Source: a virus. From it: a stretch of 64,000 bases of DNA. The notes below the pieces were generated by a model that made no database searches, was not told the origin of the DNA, and saw only the letters and a list, made by a program, of their open reading frames with translations. A program made the position numbers and the translations under genes. This document shows, piece by piece, positions 56,055 to 64,000 of this stretch (the stretch's first letter is position 1; every line of letters begins with the position of its first letter). The stretch lies in IMG/VR virus record IMGVR_UViG_3300020395_000006, positions 4,265 to 68,264 of that record; one strand, written 5' to 3'.

Positions 56055-56818
56055 TGAACACCCCTCATAAATCCATGATCATGTTTGGCATATATTCTTG
56101 ACATCCCCACATACAATTGCATCTCCTGTATAAATTTATTCCTATCTCTCCACTGCTCCAATTCTCCTCTTCGAGGATGCTTACCTTTACGACCAACCTT
56201 ATTACTATGTCCTAATGGTACACCAGTTTCAGTTCTTTCCATAAGATTTGGATTCAATCCAAGTTCTTGCAACGCTGCATCAAAAGATACTTGGTCTCGA
56301 TTTACACCTCTATCAAACCAATGCCACCAAAGATCACCAAACCTACTAATAGTATTAGTCATCTTCCTGTATATAATAGTACCTAAAGGACTTCTATATT
56401 TTCTAAAATTATATCCACATTCAAATAACATCTTCGTAAGTTTTATACCTTGCTCATAAGAAAAGAAAGAACACTCAAACCCTTCTAACATTTCATCATA
56501 GTAAGAGAACCTATTTGGATGTCTTAGTATAGTGAATGGGAATCTAGTCTTTGCATGTTCAACAAACTCCTTTGTCATCTTATAACAACCATCTATCCAC
56601 ACAGTATCCTCACCCTTATCAAAATATTTGTGTGGATTTATCTTTGGGTATGCAGATAATCTTCTAGGACATTCTATGTCTACATCTAATTTTATAAACT
56701 CCCATGGTCCTTTTTGTTCCACAGTTCCATCATGGAACATAACATATCTTACATCAAGATCATAATAATGATCAGGTATTACATCATAACCATTTGTGAT
56801 GCAAGAATATATTATCAT
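56051..56818 (-). CDS. DUF616-like putative glycosyltransferase, paralogue 2
   Basis: IYSCITNGYD, KINPH, WIDG, HP-R, RDQVSF. Confidence 0.8.
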   Translation of the reverse strand: MIIYSCITNGYDVIPDHYYDLDVRYVMFHDGTVEQKGPWEFIKLDVDIECPRRLSAYPKINPHKYFDKGEDTVWIDGCYKMTKEFVEHAKTRFPFTILRHPNRFSYYDEMLEGFECSFFSYEQGIKLTKMLFECGYNFRKYRSPLGTIIYRKMTNTISRFGDLWWHWFDRGVNRDQVSFDAALQELGLNPNLMERTETGVPLGHSNKVGRKGKHPRRGELEQWRDRNKFIQEMQLYVGMSRIYAKHDHGFMRGVQ

Positions 56819-57534
56819 ACTACTGCTCCCAATATATGACGTGCATTTCTAGTGAACTTAGCCTCATCATAATTCGTAATCATTTCATAAGATTCTTCAT
56901 ATGATTTTATTCTATTACTTTTTTCAAGATTAACTTGTAAAGGAACTCTAGGTAATCTTTCACCATAAACTTCCCACTCAGCAATAGCACTTGTAAGTTG
57001 ACACCCATGAAATAATTCATAGTGTTCATACCAATGCCAATATCTCTCATTCCATTCCCTTACCTTTGGTGTATTGTGCCTCCATATACAACAATTTATT
57101 GTATGGTCAAAGAATGATGGCTTGAATCCTGTCTTAGCAAGATCTTCACAGAATCTATACAACCTTTCCTCTGGTACAAATCCCCATGTATATAATTTTA
57201 ATATCTCCCTCAATAAAGTCCTCTTTGTAGGATGACTCATCAATGTTATTTCATTCTGTTCCAAAAATTCTTTTGAGTTCTTTACAAACTCTTCTGTCAT
57301 AGTATAACAACCATCTATCCATACATGTGGTTCATCAAACCATAGATGTGAAAGACATCTAGTATGATATGCATTGAGTACTGGATGATCATACTGACAA
57401 TCTAATTTTCTAAATTCCCATGGTCCTTTACGTGGTATATCTTTATCATAAAACATCACATACTTCACATCCCCATCATAATAATGATCGGGGATGTTGT
57501 CATATGCATTGATGTTAGTGGTAAAGATTATCAT
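56815..57534 (-). CDS. DUF616-like putative glycosyltransferase, paralogue 1
   Basis: IFTTNINAYD, WIDG, HP-KR; GCQLTS replaces RDQVSF. Confidence 0.7.
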   Translation of the reverse strand: MIIFTTNINAYDNIPDHYYDGDVKYVMFYDKDIPRKGPWEFRKLDCQYDHPVLNAYHTRCLSHLWFDEPHVWIDGCYTMTEEFVKNSKEFLEQNEITLMSHPTKRTLLREILKLYTWGFVPEERLYRFCEDLAKTGFKPSFFDHTINCCIWRHNTPKVREWNERYWHWYEHYELFHGCQLTSAIAEWEVYGERLPRVPLQVNLEKSNRIKSYEESYEMITNYDEAKFTRNARHILGAVV

Positions 57535-58262
57535 TGAATAAGATTCTTCTGCTTCTCCTGAATAATTCTTTCGGATACACCACCTGGTTCACGTAAGAAC
57601 CAACCAGTTGCAATATACTTAGACTGTTCTCCTGTCAGAAATGAACCACGATGCATATGTGTATATGCTGCTGGCCAAAAAACTATTGTTCCTCTTGTAG
57701 GTTGAAAAGAACATTTCTGATGTAAAAAATCTGTTCCACCACCATTTTCATAAGGAATATCATTTAGATAAATCATCCATGTAAGAACTCTATCACGGTA
57801 TATAAATGATCCATCCTCACAATGCCAAATATGATAACCACCACCAGAATCTGTTCTTTGTATCTTACATGTCCATGAAGATAGTGGATCAGCAGAATCT
57901 ATAATGCCAGCATACTCTTTAGCATAGATCTCAAACCCTGCACCCACCACAGCATTTACTTGTGAAGCAAGTCCAGCATCAGCAACCTCAAGATATAATT
58001 GATTATCTTTTCTTCCCATCTGACCCTGTTTGAACTGAGTATCACCTACATTAGTTGAGTTCAGTTTATAATCTCCACCACCATATACATTTTCCTTAAC
58101 ATATCTTTGTCCATAATAATATTCAAAACTATTAATTGTAACATCACAAAACTCTTGAGACATAAAATTATCAATCACTCCTATGTGATCTACAAACTTC
58201 ATATCATGTGGTCCTTCTGAAAATAATTTCAGTTCTGGTGATAACTTTGGTGCTTCGTTCAT
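57531..58262 (-). CDS. 2OG-Fe(II) oxygenase (prolyl hydroxylase-like)
   Basis: GYHIWHCE, WMIYLND, GGTDF, WPA-YTH-HRG, KYIATGW. Confidence 0.85.
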   Translation of the reverse strand: MNEAPKLSPELKLFSEGPHDMKFVDHIGVIDNFMSQEFCDVTINSFEYYYGQRYVKENVYGGGDYKLNSTNVGDTQFKQGQMGRKDNQLYLEVADAGLASQVNAVVGAGFEIYAKEYAGIIDSADPLSSWTCKIQRTDSGGGYHIWHCEDGSFIYRDRVLTWMIYLNDIPYENGGGTDFLHQKCSFQPTRGTIVFWPAAYTHMHRGSFLTGEQSKYIATGWFLREPGGVSERIIQEKQKNLIQ

Positions 58263-59047
58263 TGTTGTTGTTGGTATGCTGCAGGTGGAATACGACCTAC
58301 GTATTCATCAAGTTCCATTAGTTGTTCAATCATAATATCTTGACCATTCTGTTTCCAATATTCTTCAAGACCTTCTTTACTATTTTTATGAAAGATGTCT
58401 ATGTGTTCTTCATGAATAGCAGAACCCATATCTAATCTATAATTGAATATGGGAACGGCATAACCTTTACCACTATCAAGAATAAGATCTTCGGAAACAG
58501 CACGAGGTTTAATATTCTGGTCAATCTTCCAGAAGTTTCCTCGTGAATGGAGTTTCAAAATCTTCTCTGCATGATGTCTTGTTATAATATAACATGCTGC
58601 AGAGAAATCGTTTATAAAACGATGATGTATCTTCATATGGATACCATTAGGATTTATGATAGTAAACTGACACGTATCAAAATTTACTGGCATCTTTTTC
58701 CTAATACCTCTCCAAGTAAATGTCCAATGCCTTGCAGGACTAAGATCAATATCATCCTCCATTATAATAACCTCATTGAGGTCTGTCTCCTCAACAAAAT
58801 ATTTTATAGCATTGAGATGTGACATGACACAAGCACACTCACCTGAGTTCATGTTATCTGGAACAGTACCTTTTAGATACTCCTCATATTCAACACCATC
58901 AACACCAGATATCCTATGATGATCTTCAATACCCCAATAAGATAACTGATCTTCCATATATTTTTTTCTTTCTGGAACTCTGTCTAGATTGATCCAAAGA
59001 ACTTTAGGAAGACCTTCTAGTTTATGTACTGCTTTATTTTTGTCCAC
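58259..59047 (-). CDS. glycosyltransferase family 25
   Basis: INLDR--ER, GVDG, C--SH, IMEDD, CY-IT. Confidence 0.85.
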   Translation of the reverse strand: MDKNKAVHKLEGLPKVLWINLDRVPERKKYMEDQLSYWGIEDHHRISGVDGVEYEEYLKGTVPDNMNSGECACVMSHLNAIKYFVEETDLNEVIIMEDDIDLSPARHWTFTWRGIRKKMPVNFDTCQFTIINPNGIHMKIHHRFINDFSAACYIITRHHAEKILKLHSRGNFWKIDQNIKPRAVSEDLILDSGKGYAVPIFNYRLDMGSAIHEEHIDIFHKNSKEGLEEYWKQNGQDIMIEQLMELDEYVGRIPPAAYQQQQ

Positions 59048-59951
59048 GTCTTTTTTTCATATAATCAACATCTTCATAATATGCTTCAATCTTATCCTTC
59101 TCCCAGTACTGCATCTTCTCCCACAGTGCTCTGTTAGATTCTATATGGGGGTTAGTAAACCAAGAGTTCTGTGTTCTACTATGTTCTAAATGGAAGATAA
59201 AATTATTCAATCTTATAACGTTGGAACAATTATTAAATCTATGATACCTTTCATCATCCTCATACCCATACGAAACAAAGTTTTCATTCTCCAGACCTAA
59301 TCTTTTATACTCTTCAGTATCAAAGAACTGACAGAATCCAAACTTAGCATCCCACTTCCTCATGTGACCTTCAAATGTTTTGAAGTTGAAGTTTGTGTTT
59401 ATAAAATCACTAACTAAATTATCAGTTGCTTTGACTTGATATTGAAACATACCATATCCATAAGGATAAACACACTTCACAGGTTCTGGTAATGTACCTG
59501 AATCTGAATTTGGTGGTAGATAACCCTCTGCAATATACTTACATGCTAGAAAATGAGACTCATATGGTAGAAGAATATCACAATCATGGTTACATACGAT
59601 TGGTGTGTCTACCATCTCAACCATATCATTAATCAATCTTGTTCTATGAAAAACAAACTCATCAGTTTGCTCAAAAACATGATCTAAATTTTCATACTCT
59701 TGTTTATAAAGTACAGTTTCTAACTGTGGTCTTACTGAACTATTAAATATAGATTCTTTATCATACTCCTTGACGATAACCCTAGCATCAAAATTCTTTA
59801 GAAGAAATGTTAATGTAGTAATAACATTTCTCATTCTATCTGCACTCTCAATCCTCAATGGGATGACATAAGTACATGCACTTTTCAAGTCCACTCTTTC
59901 ACAATCCTCCAATCGTTCTTCTTTTGGATCGTCCCAAACTTCTTGCGTCAT
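59034..59951 (-). CDS. GT-A glycosyltransferase (GT2/GT7-like)
   Basis: RMRN, DCD (DxD), ENENFVSYGYEDDER, HLEH. Confidence 0.75.
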   Translation of the reverse strand: MTQEVWDDPKEERLEDCERVDLKSACTYVIPLRIESADRMRNVITTLTFLLKNFDARVIVKEYDKESIFNSSVRPQLETVLYKQEYENLDHVFEQTDEFVFHRTRLINDMVEMVDTPIVCNHDCDILLPYESHFLACKYIAEGYLPPNSDSGTLPEPVKCVYPYGYGMFQYQVKATDNLVSDFINTNFNFKTFEGHMRKWDAKFGFCQFFDTEEYKRLGLENENFVSYGYEDDERYHRFNNCSNVIRLNNFIFHLEHSRTQNSWFTNPHIESNRALWEKMQYWEKDKIEAYYEDVDYMKKRRGQK

Positions 59952-60736
59952 TAGATTACCTCCCAGTTGTTACAGTATAAGTCAGAAGTATCGTGGTCTT
60001 TGGTGTATCCAGTACCAAACCACTTCTTAGGTGCGATGATTCTCTTGTCTGGATTTTCTGATAACCATGAACCCCACCAAGAGAAAGAGGAGTTGGCAAT
60101 AATAAAATCAGAACACATAGACATCATACACAAGTCTGCAAGATTGTCACCACCTTCTGAGATAAGGAACCTGTCATCAGGGAACTCAGTACCACACCAT
60201 TCAGGATCGTCAGAAAAAACAACCACTGTACGATTGTTATCAAACTTTGACAGTGCAGTATCATAATATTCTTTAGGACAAGGTGGATGGTTATCACAGT
60301 TCTGTATATAGTCACCTCTACGAACGTGCAATCCAATAGGATCTTTCAATGTATTCATCATCTCCTCACATGGTTTATAGATATCATTCTTGAATCTAAA
60401 ATCTTCTCTTATTTCTTTTTCTATGTGATCAAAATACTTTGTACTCTGCAAGTATGCATAGACATTATGTCCATCAGGCATATTGTCAAATAAATTCTGG
60501 TCAAAATGAAAGTGTGCTTCCTGAACATAAGGACCAGGAACCTCATTAATATTAGTAAGACCTGTTAATTTGAATGCTTCAAACAACTGATGGTCGTTCC
60601 ATTCGTCTTTGAAATCGCTAGGTGGTATAGCAAATTCAAAACCACGATGAGCAGCAATGCCTCGTAGTCCTGCATACTGGAACATCTGGTTACCCAGTCG
60701 TCCATGTCTTCCTAAGTGGTTGAATCCTATAGTCAT
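59951..60736 (-). CDS. glycosyltransferase family 11 (alpha-1,2-fucosyltransferase-like)
   Basis: GRLGNQMFQYA, HVRRGDY, FSDD, IIANSSFSWWG. Confidence 0.92.
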   Translation of the reverse strand: MTIGFNHLGRHGRLGNQMFQYAGLRGIAAHRGFEFAIPPSDFKDEWNDHQLFEAFKLTGLTNINEVPGPYVQEAHFHFDQNLFDNMPDGHNVYAYLQSTKYFDHIEKEIREDFRFKNDIYKPCEEMMNTLKDPIGLHVRRGDYIQNCDNHPPCPKEYYDTALSKFDNNRTVVVFSDDPEWCGTEFPDDRFLISEGGDNLADLCMMSMCSDFIIANSSFSWWGSWLSENPDKRIIAPKKWFGTGYTKDHDTSDLYCNNWEVI

Positions 60737-61419
60737 GCTGAATGTTTCTTCTTCAAGTATTCAATCTCCTTTGGTAGGAGGTGGTCATAAGTCCGTTGAG
60801 TCTGATTAGGATGTTCACGATTTGATATGTGAAAATCCATTAGTACCAATGGGTCTCCATGATATTTATAGAGTCTGTAATACATATCACAATCCATAAG
60901 CATAGTCAAATCTTCATCAAAATACTCATCAAGATCTCCTTTCAACGCTAGTATAGAAGGAGAACTAAGAGTATTAATTCCCTCCAATAATCTATCATTA
61001 TACTCAGGAACTTTTGGATTGTAATGTGTCCCACCATTATCTAATGTATGAGCAAAACCTGTCACTGCCCACTTGACATCATCAGTAAATCCTTTGTCCA
61101 ATTCTTCTACTAAGTTCTTAGTAAGAATAAAATCATCAGAGAATAAAACTTTCTTTATATCACCGTTGGCACAACGTAATGCATTATTAGTATTAGCAGA
61201 AATGTTACCCAACTTATCTGAATTAGGAGCATACATGATCTCAAAGACATCGGCATACTCCTGACATGCCTTGAGAACCTTATCAGATTTGGAATGATCA
61301 CTGATAATAACATTGAAATCTTTATTAGTTTGATTTGCTAAAGCATGAAAAATGTCAAACAAATACTGTTGACACTTTGCATTACCATCATGAGTAGGAA
61401 TACAAAAACTTACTCTCAT
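60733..61419 (-). CDS. glycosyltransferase family 2
   Basis: VSFCIPT, ISDHS, N-N, FSDD, MDCD. Confidence 0.82.
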   Translation of the reverse strand: MRVSFCIPTHDGNAKCQQYLFDIFHALANQTNKDFNVIISDHSKSDKVLKACQEYADVFEIMYAPNSDKLGNISANTNNALRCANGDIKKVLFSDDFILTKNLVEELDKGFTDDVKWAVTGFAHTLDNGGTHYNPKVPEYNDRLLEGINTLSSPSILALKGDLDEYFDEDLTMLMDCDMYYRLYKYHGDPLVLMDFHISNREHPNQTQRTYDHLLPKEIEYLKKKHSA

Positions 61420-62348
61420 TCTGACAGATCCATCACATTCAATTTGATTCTTTCTTGCATAAGTTTACCATAATCCTCATGCAATTCACACCCAATATAG
61501 TATCTTCCTAACTTCTTAGCGACCATACCTGTAGTTCCTGATCCCATGAAAGGATCTAGTATAGTATCACCTTTCTCAGAACCAGCTTTGATACATGGTT
61601 CAATAAGATCGGGTGGAAAACATGCAAAGTGTGCTCCCTTATATGGTTTATTAGTCACTGACCATACAGATCTTTTATTCTTTTTTGTATAAGATTTCTC
61701 AAGACCTGAATGCGGTTGCAATCCTGTCCCTTCATTATGGTACTTCCCTTTTGATCTATTTCTTGTTCCCCAATCCTGTTTTACTGGTTCCTTGATTGCT
61801 TCATTATCATAGAAGTATTTCCTATCCTTACTAAACAGAAAGATATACTCATGTGACTTAGTACATCTATCCCTAACTGACTCAGGCATTGGATTAGGTT
61901 TATGCCATATAATATCCTGTCTCAAATACCATCCATCTGCTCTCATTGCGAAGGCAAAGAGCCATGGGATTCCGATGAGGTCTTTTTCTTTGAGTCCTTC
62001 GATTCTATTTCCTCTGCGAGGACACACATCTGGTAAGTCCTGCTTTGTAGTTGAGACACTTTGTTTTGCCAGTCCTTGTCCTCTTCCAGGTCTGTAATTA
62101 TAGTAACTATCGCCAAGATTAACCCAACAAGTTCCATCATCTGTGAGCACATTTTTTACCTTCCTAAAAACTTCTACTAATTGATCTATGTATTCGTCTG
62201 GTGTTTGTTCCAAACCAATTTGATCTTCTTCGCCACCATAGTCTCTTAGACCATAGTAAGGTGGGGATGTAACACACATCCTTGCACTCTTAGGTAAGAA
62301 TGCATCTAATGTGGACCTACAGTCACCAAATAATACTGTGTCTTTCAT
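61416..62348 (-). CDS. DNA amino-methyltransferase (SPPY type, beta class)
   Basis: TSPPYY, IIWHKPNPMPESV-DR, HFA-FP, LDPFMGSGTT. Confidence 0.92.
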   Translation of the reverse strand: MKDTVLFGDCRSTLDAFLPKSARMCVTSPPYYGLRDYGGEEDQIGLEQTPDEYIDQLVEVFRKVKNVLTDDGTCWVNLGDSYYNYRPGRGQGLAKQSVSTTKQDLPDVCPRRGNRIEGLKEKDLIGIPWLFAFAMRADGWYLRQDIIWHKPNPMPESVRDRCTKSHEYIFLFSKDRKYFYDNEAIKEPVKQDWGTRNRSKGKYHNEGTGLQPHSGLEKSYTKKNKRSVWSVTNKPYKGAHFACFPPDLIEPCIKAGSEKGDTILDPFMGSGTTGMVAKKLGRYYIGCELHEDYGKLMQERIKLNVMDLSE

Positions 62349-63160
62349 GCATTTTCTTTCACATCAGAAATAATCATTCTAGTAAGACGAGGTACTACAT
62401 CATTGTCACTATGGAATTGCTTGGCAATCTCATAGTTCTTTTCAATAACCTCTGTTCTACTATGATAGTAGTCTTCGTTTATTCTGTCAAATATTTTTCT
62501 AAGATCAGTAACATCTGTGAAAGTAATCACACCATCCATATCAAACCAATCACCTAGATTAGGACAACCATAGTAGATAGGTATAGTCTTACTAGCAAAA
62601 CAATCAATTACTTTCTCAGTAAAATAATTCTTCTGCCTTGAATTTTCTGTAGCAATATGAAACATTGCATTCTCAAAGAAATCATTACGTCTTTCATGGA
62701 ATGGTGGAGAGATATGTGCATATACATCCATACGATTTACTTCTTCTATTCTATTCAACTCTCTCATAATCATAAGTCTTAGGTTATGACCTGGTGTTTG
62801 AGATTTACTACTAGTAACGAATGTAATATGAGGTTTCTTATTTAATTTTAGATCCTTGAAGTCTAACCAACTAGAACCCCACTCAAATAATTTTGCAGTA
62901 GGATACTTGTCCAGTATGGATTGTGTAAATGTGTATATTCTATCAAACTTATCTGCATTCTTCAAAGCACCTTCACTGACAGTGGGTAAAATTGCTAAAG
63001 GTTCTGCAAGAAATAGTATCTTATAGTCTGCTTCTTCATTACATGCAAGATTGTCAATAGAAATACTAACCTGCTTTTCAAAATCTAATCCTCCTTCAAC
63101 CCATGGGTTCCACCATAGGGGATAAAAATGTGCTTGTTTCATATCAAATTGGTTTTTCAT
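62345..63160 (-). CDS. glycosyltransferase family 10-like (fucosyltransferase)
   Basis: F-IATENS---YFTEK--DCF---TIPIYYG. Confidence 0.8.
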   Translation of the reverse strand: MKNQFDMKQAHFYPLWWNPWVEGGLDFEKQVSISIDNLACNEEADYKILFLAEPLAILPTVSEGALKNADKFDRIYTFTQSILDKYPTAKLFEWGSSWLDFKDLKLNKKPHITFVTSSKSQTPGHNLRLMIMRELNRIEEVNRMDVYAHISPPFHERRNDFFENAMFHIATENSRQKNYFTEKVIDCFASKTIPIYYGCPNLGDWFDMDGVITFTDVTDLRKIFDRINEDYYHSRTEVIEKNYEIAKQFHSDNDVVPRLTRMIISDVKENA

Positions 63161-63719
63161 CAGATAGTCCTCGGCTACTCCACATAGTCAATGAATACTT
63201 TGTACCACTCTTCAATTCTAATGATTGATGACAATGTGTTACCTGTCCTGGAAATAATAAACATTTTCCTATAGGAATATCCTTATTAGAAAATTTTTGT
63301 CGTGGAAAATATAACTCTCCTCCTTCATAATCATCATTCAACTTTACACTTCCAGTAACTAAACTTGCATCTGTATGTAATAACATTTCTCTCTGACCAT
63401 CCATTGTATACTTGAGTAAGAAAGCATCCCTTAGTCCAAAGTATCCACACATAGGCCAAAACTTCTCCATCACTACCCTAATACTATTATCCCAATGCAC
63501 GCTTAGTTCTTTCCACATACCCAATTCACTTATTCTTATTTCTTGTCCTGGTATCTCATCATTTTCCAATGGTTTGAATCCACCTTTACGCTCACCTATC
63601 TCAATTAGTTTAGCACATTGTTTAGGTGTAAGAAAATCTATAAGAATTATATCATCCTGTATAACCTCATATTCTCGTGTTCCAATGTAACCAATAATCG
63701 GTGCTCTTGATTGTATCAT
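63144..63719 (-). CDS. 2OG-Fe(II) oxygenase (lysyl hydroxylase C-terminal-like)
   Basis: F--KY, HTDAS, LNDDYEGG, FPG-VTH-H, G-KYSL. Confidence 0.82.
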   Translation of the reverse strand: MIQSRAPIIGYIGTREYEVIQDDIILIDFLTPKQCAKLIEIGERKGGFKPLENDEIPGQEIRISELGMWKELSVHWDNSIRVVMEKFWPMCGYFGLRDAFLLKYTMDGQREMLLHTDASLVTGSVKLNDDYEGGELYFPRQKFSNKDIPIGKCLLFPGQVTHCHQSLELKSGTKYSLTMWSSRGLSDEKPI

Positions 63720-64000
63720 CGTATATCTTGGAAATGAAAATGGAATCCAAAGGTTTCTATACCTTTATGTTCTGGACATTCAACTTCTTTTGAGAACTTA
63801 GCCGCCACCGAGACGGGAGCATACACACATCCCTGTCCCTCAAAGATGTGTCGGTTGTGGCAGCATATGTTCCCGTCTTCATTATATAGTCCAGCATTCA
63901 TATGTTTGTAAAAATTTCCTTCGTTTACTTCCCAAGGGACGGTGACTTTACTGGGGACATCGAGTAACTTTTTGGAACGTAAGGAAAATCCCCCATTGCC
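63716..64000 (-). CDS. DUF5672-like putative glycosyltransferase, 5' end outside the window
   Basis: Frame is open to the window edge: GNGGFSLRSKKLL...ED...A-KFS-E...FGFH. Confidence 0.75.
   Translation of the reverse strand, partial: GNGGFSLRSKKLLDVPSKVTVPWEVNEGNFYKHMNAGLYNEDGNICCHNRHIFEGQGCVYAPVSVAAKFSKEVECPEHKGIETFGFHFHFQDIR

Overview
The window is a segment of an AT-rich T4-like cyanophage (myovirus) genome, probably from a Prochlorococcus/Synechococcus phage; the host is inferred from cp12, a psbN-like gene, a glutamine riboswitch and an NtcA-type box. From left to right it holds: (1) an early region with small ORFs, a methyltransferase/nuclease pair, about 670 nt of promoter-driven structured non-coding sequence, a KTSC-like gene and a CobS-like AAA+/vWA-peptidase pair; (2) a small Kdo/heptose-type sugar-activation cassette; (3) tail-fibre and baseplate genes (gp5, gp27-like, gp51, gp26, gp54-like, gp4, gp2, gp48, gp53); (4) core replication and transcription genes (gp32, gp59, gp33, exonuclease, phoH, thyX, glutaredoxin) with purM, sugar-modification genes and a split carbamoyltransferase among them; (5) a large glycosyltransferase/2OG-Fe(II) oxygenase island. 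The strongest candidates for something undescribed are the two structured RNAs at about 2430-3073 (one contains a tRNA-like cloverleaf and lies directly upstream of a KTSC-like gene), a nitrogen-sensing module (NtcA box, tandem glutamine riboswitch, DUF4278-like peptide), and a dispersed ~67-nt element present in three copies. All calls come from reading motifs by eye; no database searches or folding programs were run.
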